The position numbers and the translations under genes were made by a program. From the NCBI GenBank assembly GCA_000091205.1, contig AP006502.2: 64,000 nucleotides of DNA; one strand, given 5' to 3'. Below the pieces are notes generated by a model. The model saw only the letters and a program-made list of their open reading frames with translations. It was not told where the DNA came from and made no database searches. Position 1 is the stretch's first letter. Each line of letters opens with the position of its first letter. Source of the stretch: Cyanidioschyzon merolae. Taxonomy: Eukaryota. Below, in pieces: positions 12,314 to 22,948 of this stretch.

Positions 12314-14996
12314 CAGTGTATAACGAACACCCAGACTGCACTCTGAACACAGTCCGCTGGTGTTTCTGTGGAGCGTGCGTCCCCAAAGCAGAACGCTTTG
12401 TTCTGGTCGAATAACAGGAACGTTCACGAGAGCGAGACAAGGCCGCTGCCGTGCCGCTATCTAGTGCACCGCGCAGCTTTGACCAGAGCTGTTGCCGCAA
12501 GTACCTTGTGACTGCAAAGCGCTTGACGCTGCAACACTTCGACGCTAACACCTAATAGGTGCCCGTGTATGCCACAGAGTTGATGCTTGGACGCTCACAG
12601 CGTAGAGACCGCGAACGGTGTCGTCTCTTCTCCCCTAGGAGCGCTCTCGCTGCAACACCGTCGTGCCCTTGAAGGCGCACACAGCACGTTATGCAGACCG
12701 AGGATGCCGGGTGGGTGCTCTTATCGCACGTTGTTCCTGGGGACAGAGGGATTCTGGGAGCGTGCTTGAAGAGATTGGTGGGAGCATCGACAGCCGCGCC
12801 TGGACGCTGGGCAAGTGCACCTGTGCTGCTAGCTGCGCTTTGACGACTTGCTTGCTGCGAACTGGACGAGTGCACCAGAGCAGGGCTCTTCTGTTCTTCG
12901 GGGGTTTTCAGTTGCTCCGACTTTGGCAAGTGAACTGGTGAGCAGTCCAGCAGAAGACTTTATTGCTCTGTCTGGCTTGCAGTTGTCCCTGTGTACCTGG
13001 ACGGTACTCGATTAGCGGCACGCAGCAGGGCACGCGTTCAGCACGAAAGACGGCCTGTGCGAACGAATGCTCTAGAAGCTTGCGCACTCGCCTGCCTCAC
13101 ACGCTCAGCTGTTATTTCACGGTGGACGTCAACGGGCATTGCGGCGACAGAGGAACGGAGTAGGGTCAATGCGCTGGCCTAGTGAGTTTGACGTGCTCTT
13201 CGAACGAGTGCCCTTCTTCTCGGGTGCTTTGTTCCACACACATACGCACCACATGGGATCTGTATGCGGACGGACTCGAATGTAATCGATCTCAGGATGT
13301 ATCGATAGCATCCCATTCTGCCGCTATTGCAACCAAGTTTGGCTGGTATCCATCGCATGTCGTCGCTGTGCAGCGTTCACAAGAAAAGTGGCTGGCCTCG
13401 ATCAACGCTACTCCCAAGTTGCCACCGCGGGCGTGAGCTCCCACGCACACCGCTCTCACAGGTTGCAGCAGTAGGCACTGAAGGTTCGAAGGCACCAAAT
13501 ATCTGGAGGTTCAGGTCCGTGAACAGGCTTTATCACTCTGGTATGTAAAGGGTTGGTTCGAATTCATTGCGCAAACATCGGGTACGCTGAAATGGATTAG
13601 ACGGAACTGTATCTGTGATTGTCTCGGGTATACGCGCGCACATATCAAAGCGTTCCATGATGTCAGTGTCAGATCAGAGTGGAGCACTGAACTGCACGCA
13701 CGCTTCGTTATTTTCGATTCCTTTCCGACCTCATGTTTTCGGTGCACAGCCATAACAATCAAAGTCCAGGAATAAGGACGAATTGATTGATGAGCAGTGT
13801 TGAGATTCCCGGCCGACTGTTTAGACTGGATTCGTCGACGCTGCGCCATTGGCATTCGCGACGTAATGGTTACCAATATGGTGCGCTACCTACCCGAAGC
13901 TGGGCACGTAGAATTAGCGAAATTATTATCCACTTCATACGCTCAAGCATCCACTCTTCTGCTTTCCCTTACGTTGAGCACGCTCAAATCACGCAGTCTT
14001 CTTGAATTACTGGATCTTTTTGTTTCAAGGCATCTGCACATAAATATTCGCTTCGATGCATTGATGAGGAGAACAAAGAATCTGGATGTCATCCTTTGAT
14101 GGCTCGTCCATAAAGCCATGCCGAAAACTCACTCCGCTTGACACATCAAATGATCCATGTCGTTCGAAAGAGAAAGTCTCCTCTCGTTGTGGCCATCGAC
14201 GAAATGCGATTACACGACGGTCTGAGACCCCTGCATGGAATACGGGCTCAGGGGCCGCGTCTCTTCTGCTTGCATGGAAAAGATTTTTGGACTCGGACTT
14301 TACTCATCGGACCGATTCCTTCCTTTGTAGATTTCGTCATTGCTTTGGAGGAAATTAGTGTGGATGCATGGAGATTTTTCGACTTGTGTCCCAGTTTGAA
14401 TTCCGCTTCTGGTACTTGTTTCATCATTTATAGCTTTGCGTTCCCCAAATTCTCCATCGAATGGAACAGCATGCACTTGCGTGAGCAGCGGACAGCGTAC
14501 TCGCCGAGGGCGTCGCTCAAAACACACGCCCCGGATCGTAGAATACGGGATGGGGCACATCAACGGAAGACGGCTTTGATGGGATCCCGCAGTACCCGTC
14601 AATTGCATGTGCCAAGCGATGCAGCAATGTGTTTCATACCACTGGGCTGCACGAGGAGCCTACGCGGTCGACATCCGGTAACTCCCGACAGCAGCCAAGT
14701 ATCACCGCTGGAAAGCGCGCATCGAGGCTGTGTACTAGACACGTGAAGCATGGCAAGCGATGCATTCATCGTAATTTCGGTGGCGGCATGAAATGCGTCA
14801 TCAGCAATGGAAAACCGAAACATCCGATCTTGAACGATACCTTCAACGTCGTCCGACTGCGGACAACGAATCTCGTGCGAACGGTGAGATCGGCGTACGT
14901 CTAGCCAGAGATTAGAGAGAAGAAAAGCAAGCAGTCGCACCAAAAGGCCACAAATGCTTGTGTTCGTGATACTGGGAAGAGACCCAGATTTTACTG

Positions 14997-15018
14997 TATG
15001 TGTCTGTGTGTGTGTGTG
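14997..15018. repeat. (TG)n dinucleotide microsatellite
   Basis: Seen: gtatgtgtctgtgtgtgtgtgtg in the 3' flank of the OTU gene. Confidence 0.8.
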
Positions 15019-15077
15019 CCCAGTTAAGACGGCCTGGTCCAATTTATTCTGGCATGGATATGGGCAGATCAACGCTT

Positions 15078-15788
15078 TCAAAGTTCAACGAGGCGCAGAT
15101 CAGTCTCGTGTGAAGATGATGGCATGCTGGGCAGGCTCCGCATGCCGGGCGATCGCGCCGATCCTCGGCGGCTTTTCCGCGAGCGCGCGTCGCGTATCCG
15201 ACTCGAACTCGGGACGTGACTCGTTGCCATATCCGTTGATGCTCCAGGGTGTTGGATATCTGTTGGCAAGACGGCGTCGTAATGCTGATTTTCGTAGTAA
15301 GCAAGCCGAAGCACCCGCTGGACGGGGCCGTCTGAGTGACGGATACGGTACGACGGCGCGTCCAGAAGATAAATGATCATCTCCGACTCGAGCATTGCGC
15401 TCAGGGCGTGAACCTCGAGATGGCCAGCCCAGACCCCGTCGACACGCATCTTTTTCACGTACCCGTCAAAGTCGACAACTGCGTTGCAGCCGGTTCCTAG
15501 TGCCTCCGCCTCCAGGTAGGGTGCGTAGACCTTGCGGTTTTCACACAGGTAGTCGCACACCCGTTGTCGTAGTTTCATATGGTCGCAAATGTCTCGAGGG
15601 GCATGATTCCGACCTAGAATCTGAAACTGAACAGCACATGCGCGAAAGAAACAGTTTCCATCTCCAGGCACAGGCAGCAGTCGCATTCCAAGCGGTGCCA
15701 ACAAGCGGTTGAACTGCCTAGCCGCAGGTCCCGCACGGTTCGCCCTACGACTCTCCTTCGACGGAAGGTCCCTTCGTCTACGACCCAT
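15078..15788 (-). CDS. OTU-domain deubiquitinase (cysteine protease)
   Basis: Seen: a catalytic Cys box PGDGNCFFRAC and a distal His box ENQHYDAV, as in the OTU family. The first ATG is at 15788 (MGRRRRDL...); the ORF track start at 15806 is GTG. Confidence 0.75.
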   Translation of the reverse strand: MGRRRRDLPSKESRRANRAGPAARQFNRLLAPLGMRLLPVPGDGNCFFRACAVQFQILGRNHAPRDICDHMKLRQRVCDYLCENRKVYAPYLEAEALGTGCNAVVDFDGYVKKMRVDGVWAGHLEVHALSAMLESEMIIYLLDAPSYRIRHSDGPVQRVLRLAYYENQHYDAVLPTDIQHPGASTDMATSHVPSSSRIRDARSRKSRRGSARSPGMRSLPSMPSSSHETDLRLVEL

Positions 15789-16671
15789 ATCAAGTTTAGG
15801 AAGCACTCAAAGCGATTCTATATATTGGTACTTCAGCTTGAAGCATTTAGCGGGTATTTCTCGCGAGAAAAGGGAGCGTCACTAGGAAAAGCTGCCTATG
15901 CGGTGTTGCTTCTGACCGGCACTGCGGCTGGGCAACGCTGCAGAACGCGCAAGATCGACGCGCGGGAACGCAATCGATGAACACGTCGTCGCTGCGCGTC
16001 TTCAAGTTGCATCTGAAGATGGACTCCCTGGTGCGTCTTCAAGTCGTCATGGCGCATCCAGGGGAATCTGACGGGTTCTATTGCTCTCTGAAGATTAAAA
16101 TATCGATTTTGACTATACACCTCGTGGTGCCGCTTCGGCATGTACAGCGCTGAAGCGTCTTCGGATCCGCGGAGCGATGTCTTTCTCTAAGGTAATTCGC
16201 GATCGCAATGGCGCATCCGTGGAAGGATTCGATTGATTTCATCGTTCGTGGACCGGGAGAATCTCGATCGCAAGAGTATACCAAGAACGTCCGAGCTTCA
16301 TTTCATGGAAATTTGTTCTTCGATTCCATGCACTGCTATTCTTTAGCGACTGATGAGCAATTCAGGGATAACGAATGTTTACAGCGCGTCGAATTGCGGA
16401 CGGAACGATTCCACTAGCGCGCGTACATGCAAGGTTTGCGGGACAGTTCGTGCAACGTTGCTTTCAGGCACGCACCGAGGCCGACGATCAAGAGCTCATT
16501 TCTGAACTTGGTGCTTTCGAGTCTCTATAGGGTATATGAGGACTGTGGCATGCCATGGAAAGTCGCAGCGCGAGCGTTCGCTTTCGTGTATTCAGCGCGC
16601 ACTAGCGACAATGCTTCCAGACGATGAAGGTTTGTTCAGAATACCGCGCAACGTCCATGAACACGTTGCTT

Positions 16672-17769
16672 TCAGCGCCGGCAAGTTGGCCATTTGCCGG
16701 GCGTGTCCGCAGTGGCAAGTGTTGTGGGCGAAAAGTCCTCGTCGCTCTTCAGCGCGCGCCCCGAGCCATTTTCAAACTTTTCAATACCCCTGAGAGTGGC
16801 ACATTCCAAGTAATCCATGCTCGTGAGCGTCCTCCTTTCCCTGCTTACAGCTGGGGTGCGGCACGATTCGCCGGCTTCAAACTGGGATACCATTTGTCTC
16901 TTGCAGGATCCGTCGCCACAAACGGAAAGACTCGGCGCATTGAGGGCGTCGAGCCTGCCAGAGGGATTCATCAAACTCTGGGATGGAGAATGGACCCATG
17001 GCGCATGTGCGGCGAGCGCTGTCGACTCCGTGTCGAAGATTGACTCCCTGCGACTGCTTTTCCGTGCCAATGGCACAGTTTGGTGCCCAGTTGCGGAGGT
17101 GACGCACTCAGATGCGCATCTTTCCATGGACTGCGAGGATAACGCGGTCGCAGACTGTTCACTGCCATATCTTCGAGTCGATGGCGACACGCGCTGGTTC
17201 CGCTGAGATCGCCGGACGCGCGCGCGGCGATTGTTGAACCAGGTGGTTAGTTTTGCCTCCGGTTGCTGAAATGCTCGAGCGAGACGCTGAATATCATCGC
17301 GAGATGGATACTGGTTCTCCGCATACACTGCCTTTAGCACCTGTTGTTGCTCCGGAGTGAATATTCGGGCACCTTTTTTGGTGGACGTAAACGGTTTCGG
17401 CCGACTCTGGCGGGAACTTTTTCGCTCAGGCTCGAAGTGTCGGTACTCGTCATGCGCAGTATCAGCCCCGCGCCCACCAATAGCTCCATGCGTATCCCGA
17501 GGCGATACGGGATCCGGTTTATCCCACTGGCATGCGGGTTCCGCAATCTCCATGGATTGCGGCGTCTGTGCTACAGCCACAGCAGCGGTTGCGATCATCT
17601 CGAGTCCTTTGAAGCTTTGATCGAACCGTCCAGGCAGTCGGGTCTCTCGAAGTCGATTTTGGTAGTCGAGGTTCATATCCTGCGTCGTAAACGCACCGAT
17701 TTGCAGTCCCGGGCTTCCGACTACAACTGTCCTTGTCTCGGGGAGCCCGCGGTTACCATCGCTCGACAT
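16672..17769 (-). CDS. homeodomain transcription factor
   Basis: Seen: a 60-aa homeodomain KKGARIFTPEQQQVLKAVYAENQYPSRDDIQRLARAFQQPEAKLTTWFNNRRARVRR with a WF.NRRA recognition helix. The ATG at 17769 was verified. Confidence 0.72.
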   Translation of the reverse strand: MSSDGNRGLPETRTVVVGSPGLQIGAFTTQDMNLDYQNRLRETRLPGRFDQSFKGLEMIATAAVAVAQTPQSMEIAEPACQWDKPDPVSPRDTHGAIGGRGADTAHDEYRHFEPERKSSRQSRPKPFTSTKKGARIFTPEQQQVLKAVYAENQYPSRDDIQRLARAFQQPEAKLTTWFNNRRARVRRSQRNQRVSPSTRRYGSEQSATALSSQSMERCASECVTSATGHQTVPLARKSSRRESIFDTESTALAAHAPWVHSPSQSLMNPSGRLDALNAPSLSVCGDGSCKRQMVSQFEAGESCRTPAVSRERRTLTSMDYLECATLRGIEKFENGSGRALKSDEDFSPTTLATADTPGKWPTCRR

Positions 17770-18057
17770 TCTGCAGGGTGTTTTCGGGATCAGGGACGCA
17801 ATAGGATCCGTCGCATTCGCCGTCGGATACCCGCAATCCTGGTGACGTCAACTAAGTGTTACCGTTAGCTGACGCCTTCAGAACACCGAACCCAAGGTTT
17901 GTGTCCTCCACTATGTGACGCCACGCTCTAAAATGCACGTCACCGCCGAGTGACGATGGATGAGAGGTGCCTCTTAGAAAAAGAATTCGATACGCACCTC
18001 TCTTCCAGCAGCCATGCTCTACACAGATACGAAACACATGCATGGACAAACAAGGCA

Positions 18058-18119
18058 GTGCGCGCGCCATCGCATGCATGCATGCGTGCGCGCGCACGTG
18101 CGTGTATACACGCACGTCG
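18058..18119. repeat. alternating purine-pyrimidine (CG/CA/TG) tract, Z-DNA-prone, in the 5' flank of the homeobox gene
   Basis: Seen: gtgcgcgcgccatcgcatgcatgcatgcgtgcgcgcgcacgtgcgtgtatacacgcacgtcg. Confidence 0.7.
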
Positions 18120-18130
18120 ATGAAACACCG

Positions 18131-18133
<3 letters not shown>

Positions 18134-18163
<30 letters not shown>
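18134..18163. repeat. (CTG)10 trinucleotide microsatellite
   Basis: Seen: ctg repeated 10 times, directly 3' of the purine-pyrimidine tract and about 370 bp upstream of the homeobox ATG (minus strand). Confidence 0.9.
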
Positions 18164-18165
<2 letters not shown>

Positions 18166-18674
18166 CAATGAGCATTCGCCTTCAATGCATAGACCGCTAA
18201 TGTACAAGGTGCTGATTGATGCAGGCCCGTGTTCACAGTCCTAAACGTACGAGCAGCTACGTTTCCTGGTACACAAGTGCGCTTCCATGGGATCCGATGC
18301 AGACGTCTACTCCCTACACCGATCGCCCGGCAATGCTGAATACCGCGTCTGACGGAGCACTCTGTATCGATTTGCACGGATTCCGAGCCTTCGTTTGCAA
18401 CAGCTGCCGTGCTATGCGCTCCATATATAGAGGGGCGCTCGAAACTCCAAACCATTTGCGTCGCCAAGCATTTGTAGTTTCATGCGACAACGCGTGCATT
18501 CCAGTATATCGCACAAATGCAGTACATCAACTGACTCGATACCGCTTCCACATCCCCAAAACCAGATGCTGGTACCTGCTTCGTTCAAGCTCGATGTGTA
18601 CCTTACCAATGAACAGCCTCGATGGTACGTTACCCCATGTCACAGGGCATGCGACGCAGGTGATCACGAACTTA

Positions 18675-19241
18675 TCAGAACGTATGGTTGCTTTCGGGCA
18701 AGAACCTGATGGAAAACAGCGATCGCGACACATATTCGCTTGCGTCTGCCGGTGGTGCCTGATGTGCATCGACTCGGCAGGGGAAACCACTTGCTGTCAG
18801 TACTCCTTGAACGATGCCCGCTATGAGCGCATTGCAGTTCAAGCCTTCCAGTTCCGTTGGCACGCTGATGAAACGAGCGAACAGCATCGTATTGTCCACA
18901 ATAATATACTCGTTCTCCTTGTCTTTCACTCGCTCCAGCGAGTCAGCAAACTTGCCGAAAAGGAAGCGCCATACTGTCGTGGTGGTGAAGCGCAGCGCAC
19001 CAAGAACGTCGATTTCCCTTCGGGTGAACTTTTCTCGAAGCCACACCAGTTCCAGTACTCGTCGACCGATTTGTTGGCCAAGGTCCAGCAGTCGCTCCTC
19101 TAGCTCAGCGATGGAGTCGACTCTGTTCTGAAAATACGATATCGTCTCTGCAAAGAGCAGCGCGAACACGGAAAAGTGCGCCGACTGGTTTCGCCGAGCT
19201 TGCAGGAAGGGTACCGGCAGTGCCATTGCTGTAGTGCTCAT
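18675..19241 (-). CDS. TRAPPC5: TRAPP complex subunit 5 (Trs31/TRAPPC5, Bet3 family)
   Basis: Seen: 188 aa with blocks FSVFALLFAETISYFQNRV, LGALRFTTTTVWRFLFGKFADSLE and LNCNALIAGIVQGVLTASGFPCRVDAH that are colinear with TRAPPC5/Trs31. The ATG at 19241 was verified. Confidence 0.8.
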   Translation of the reverse strand: MSTTAMALPVPFLQARRNQSAHFSVFALLFAETISYFQNRVDSIAELEERLLDLGQQIGRRVLELVWLREKFTRREIDVLGALRFTTTTVWRFLFGKFADSLERVKDKENEYIIVDNTMLFARFISVPTELEGLNCNALIAGIVQGVLTASGFPCRVDAHQAPPADASEYVSRSLFSIRFLPESNHTF

Positions 19242-19510
19242 CAGTAACGAACTTTGCCGGCTGTGTCAACGCACAGTTTTGGGCAAGGCGCCCGTGAGGA
19301 ACAGCCACGCGGCAGGCGCGGTCAGCGTACCGTCTGGAACGTCCAACGCAAGCGCCACGGCAGACACGCGTTCGACTTCCAGCCGGTGCCGCTACCGAGA
19401 ACGTTTCCCCTGTGGGGCAGAATATTCCTGTCGACTACTTTGCAGCACACGAGTATACCAGTGTAGTTCTTGGACACGTGGAACGCTGGGGCTCGCTGAG
19501 CAAAGACACC

Positions 19511-19792
19511 ATGGTACTCTCTACCGAAGAAGCGTCGAAGCAAGTCTCGACACCGTACCCGCCGATCGATCCGAACCCGTCATTCACACGTGTGTTGCTC
19601 AACTTCAAACCCAAGGAGTACGCCGTCGTTGTTGCATCGGCTGCAGGCTCTGCTTTTTTCGGGTACTTGGCGGGTCACCCAGTACGTGTGCCGTCCACGT
19701 ACTGCGCTACAGCCATCGGGACACTGGGGGGCTTTTGCTATTCGTTTCGTGCTTCACTGGGTCGGCTTCTCGGTTTCGAGCCGAATAACTAG
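19511..19792 (+). CDS. small hypothetical membrane protein (93 aa) with glycine-zipper helices (G..G / G...G)
   Basis: Seen: an ATG at 19511 and protein-like composition, with two hydrophobic Gly-rich helices AVVVASAAGSAFFGYLAG and ATAIGTLGGFCYSF. It sits between two minus-strand genes. No family could be assigned; this is inference. Confidence 0.25.
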   Translation: MVLSTEEASKQVSTPYPPIDPNPSFTRVLLNFKPKEYAVVVASAAGSAFFGYLAGHPVRVPSTYCATAIGTLGGFCYSFRASLGRLLGFEPNN

Positions 19793-20017
19793 TGCTATGC
19801 ATAAGATCGTCTGTCGACTACGTATCACGAGGCTGGGTTTTCAGTTTCAGGCCGAATGACCTGTGCTTTACGCAACGCCGGGCATAGGCTAGGAATCACT
19901 GAGCTCCTTTTATGCTTTGCAGAACGCTTCGGAGGTTCAGCCCGGAGCTTCAAGCACAAGCGTTCGTGCTTGTGTGTCGAGCGCTACAGACCCGAAGCAA
20001 CCGCTCCAGGGAACCAG

Positions 20018-22948
20018 CTACGCCAAAATCTCTTTCCAAAGTTCGTGGATCGTAAGAAACTCACTTTCTATCCAGTGTTCGATTTCCATCATACACGGCA
20101 CCGCATAGGCGAGCGACTTGTTTGAGGAACGCTCACAGAGTGCCCGCGCATAACTACGAAGAGCCCGTAACGCCTCAGTGGGCGATACACTCCTCGAGGA
20201 CTGGGGAGTCTCCTTTGCACTGACTGATAAGTGATTTTGCCTCGATCTTTGAAACCGCTGAGGATCTATTCGGATAGGTCTACCGGCCTCAGGGGGCAGT
20301 GCATCACCAAAGTCCTCGACGCCTGCGGCCAGTTCGACGAGAATCGGCTTTCCCTGACGCTTCGCGCTCTGGCCAACAGCGTACGGAGGCAAGAGCGTGC
20401 CGATGCTCTGCGCAGGCTTCCTGAATGGCTCGTTTTCCGCAAATATGCCCCTGGAAAGCAAAGGCTCGGGCGCGAATCCGTCGGCATAAGGTTCGATTGC
20501 CAAGAACATGGGTAGCGCATAGCTGAACTCGGGCATATTCAGCAAAAGGAGCTGATCCACGAATTTGATAGCGCCAAGAGCAGCAATGGGTTCTCCCGTT
20601 GCACCACGTAATATGCGTAAGGTTTCTGACAAGAGTGTCGCCCGCGAGCCAAGCAGATGCTCGGGCGGAAAGCGCAGAAGCATGACACGAAGGAGCAGGA
20701 AACAGGCCGCGGACACCTTCGCGTCATTTTTGCGCCAGTCGGATTCAATTCTGCGCAGTAGAGACCGGCTTTGGGACGTAAATTCACCCACGCGACTATG
20801 AAAGAGGATGAAAGCGATGCGCCGCAGGGAGCGCGCTTCATCGGCGGATACGTCTCGCGCCTGGAACAGTGCCGCTGTGGTTACCGACTGGCTTTGGTTG
20901 CGGGTGCTGCTTTCACCGATGAGAGCGATCTGGAGCGAGTCACTATGTCGAAAAATTGCCCCCAGGCTTTGACCAAGCAGAAGCAGCATCATTCGATTCT
21001 TAAAGCGAAAAAAGGCGATGTCTTCAAACGCGGAAACGAGTCGCTCCTGCAAGTCCTTCACTCGCCATTGGGAGCGCCCACCAGATTCACTGGATTCAGT
21101 GACTTCATTTTCGAAATCATCCAACATGGACGGTTCTAAAAGTTTGTAGATGAGCAGAGCGGCCCTGGTTTTGTACGCGACCTGCAGGTCTCCCTCGAAA
21201 CAAGGTCTCCAGCCCGCTGCTACATCCGCATAAATTTGAATGTCACAGTCGTAGGCCATAGCGTCAAGTCCCCGACCTAAGCTGTGCAGCCTCGGGTCCA
21301 ATGCCGCCGTCAGCTCCCTGACGATTGCCGGCGGCGTGTTTTCGGGGTCTTCCGGCGATGGAGCCTTGAGAATGCGCAATGCTACATCGCTTATTGCACT
21401 GATGAGCTTCCTCCGCATTGTCTTGTCCTCGCGAAAGACGGCCTCGACGAGAGGAATCGCATACGCAGTCAGGAACTCCAACCCGAGGCTGGAAAACGCG
21501 AGTCGCACGCTGCGCTCATGTTGCGTCTGCTGGGGATCGCGGGCGCCCAGCGGTTGCCAGTCCTCACCGGCAATTCCGATGACGGTCTCAATTGCCGCGC
21601 GAATACGATCAAGAAAAGTTAGAGGATACTTGGCCCTCTCTGAAGAACAGCGATGCACGAAACTTTGCACTGCTTGCAGAAGCAGCAGCGGGCACACTGG
21701 CTCTCGGTAGTACCGAATCGTAGCATCCATGAGCATGGAGAATGCTGAGAGCATTTCATCCGCGGCCAAGTCACTGGGCTTGATGTGATCAATCCACAAC
21801 TGCAGCACGGTGAGCGCATGTCCATGAAGGTTCTGTAGGCGTTTCAAATTTTCAGCGCTAACGCCAGCGAGAAACACAGCGAGCACACGACGCTGCTCGC
21901 GACTCTGGAGCGCACTTTGCCTGTGCTCAGCTGCTAGCGCCTTCGAATTAGCCATGGGAGCGTTCGATGCCTTCCCGCTCGCCACCTCAGATAGCGCTAG
22001 TCCAGCACGAGGCAACGTTGATAGCGAAGGATCCGTAAGTATTGACTGGCTCGCTCCAGCGTTCCGGGACGATGCTTGTCCCTGTTGCGCTTGCTCAAGC
22101 GCAATCGCAGTCGTCAGCTTACTGATACAAGCGCAGAGAACAGCTGGAGGCACAGTATCGGATCCGGTGCTCAGCTTGATGATGCTTTCGAGAAAACCGA
22201 GCGAAGCTGACGTTGGAAGAACATTTCCTTCCGAAATATCCGCACTAGCGATACATAAAGCACAGCTATACGCGGTGAGGTGTTCCGCTAGAAAACTATT
22301 CACAAAGGACTTGCAGCGGCGGTAGAGCACGGGATTTGCACGGTAGGCGTCGGCAACGAGCTGTAATAAGCATGGCAACTTGTGTAGAAGGACATGCAAC
22401 GCGCTTTCGCTGGGCGCGTCACTGGTGGCAGGCCCCACGCTGGAATCGTCTGCAGAGAAGAAGCCGCTCAGGAGCCTCAGCGCAGTGGATGCCGTTGAAC
22501 GAACGGCACTAGCGTGTTTTCCAGCAGCTTTTGACGCGGCTGATCGATCCGACGCCTCGCTTGTTCCGTGGTCTCTTGGCATTTCGAGAGCTGCGTTTTT
22601 CAGAACCGACTTGGCAATGAGATCGAGGCTTGATAGCAGCAACTCTAGAGCGAGCGGCCCAGCCGTTTCCCCAGCGCTATCGTAAATATCACCCTCTGGC
22701 AGTTGCGCCTCTCTATTCTCTTCAACGGCATTTGCTATACATCGTCGTAGCGTTTCCAGCGTATCATCGAGAAACCTTGGCTCGGGGCACTCAGTAGTTC
22801 GGTAGTGTGTGACAAGAAGCGAGAGCCACTCTCGCAGCTCAGAGTCGGTGCAGCACTGCTCTAGGCTCTTCAGCGCGGGTTCCGCCAAAAGTAAAGAGAA
22901 TTCGTCTCTAGAGAAGGCGGCGTCCCGTTGATCCAGTTCCGAGTTCAT
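20018..22948 (-). CDS. large (976 aa) alpha-helical repeat protein (HEAT/ARM-like) of unknown function
   Basis: Seen: an uninterrupted 976-aa ORF with a verified ATG at 22948. It is Leu/Ala-rich with periodic helical composition. No diagnostic motif was recognised. Confidence 0.55.
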   Translation of the reverse strand: MNSELDQRDAAFSRDEFSLLLAEPALKSLEQCCTDSELREWLSLLVTHYRTTECPEPRFLDDTLETLRRCIANAVEENREAQLPEGDIYDSAGETAGPLALELLLSSLDLIAKSVLKNAALEMPRDHGTSEASDRSAASKAAGKHASAVRSTASTALRLLSGFFSADDSSVGPATSDAPSESALHVLLHKLPCLLQLVADAYRANPVLYRRCKSFVNSFLAEHLTAYSCALCIASADISEGNVLPTSASLGFLESIIKLSTGSDTVPPAVLCACISKLTTAIALEQAQQGQASSRNAGASQSILTDPSLSTLPRAGLALSEVASGKASNAPMANSKALAAEHRQSALQSREQRRVLAVFLAGVSAENLKRLQNLHGHALTVLQLWIDHIKPSDLAADEMLSAFSMLMDATIRYYREPVCPLLLLQAVQSFVHRCSSERAKYPLTFLDRIRAAIETVIGIAGEDWQPLGARDPQQTQHERSVRLAFSSLGLEFLTAYAIPLVEAVFREDKTMRRKLISAISDVALRILKAPSPEDPENTPPAIVRELTAALDPRLHSLGRGLDAMAYDCDIQIYADVAAGWRPCFEGDLQVAYKTRAALLIYKLLEPSMLDDFENEVTESSESGGRSQWRVKDLQERLVSAFEDIAFFRFKNRMMLLLLGQSLGAIFRHSDSLQIALIGESSTRNQSQSVTTAALFQARDVSADEARSLRRIAFILFHSRVGEFTSQSRSLLRRIESDWRKNDAKVSAACFLLLRVMLLRFPPEHLLGSRATLLSETLRILRGATGEPIAALGAIKFVDQLLLLNMPEFSYALPMFLAIEPYADGFAPEPLLSRGIFAENEPFRKPAQSIGTLLPPYAVGQSAKRQGKPILVELAAGVEDFGDALPPEAGRPIRIDPQRFQRSRQNHLSVSAKETPQSSRSVSPTEALRALRSYARALCERSSNKSLAYAVPCMMEIEHWIESEFLTIHELWKEILA

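Noticed and set aside
14138-14746. 202-aa plus-strand ORF in the 12.3-15.1 kb spacer
   Set aside because: The composition is not protein-like and no motif was recognised. It lies in a spacer between convergent, well-supported genes.
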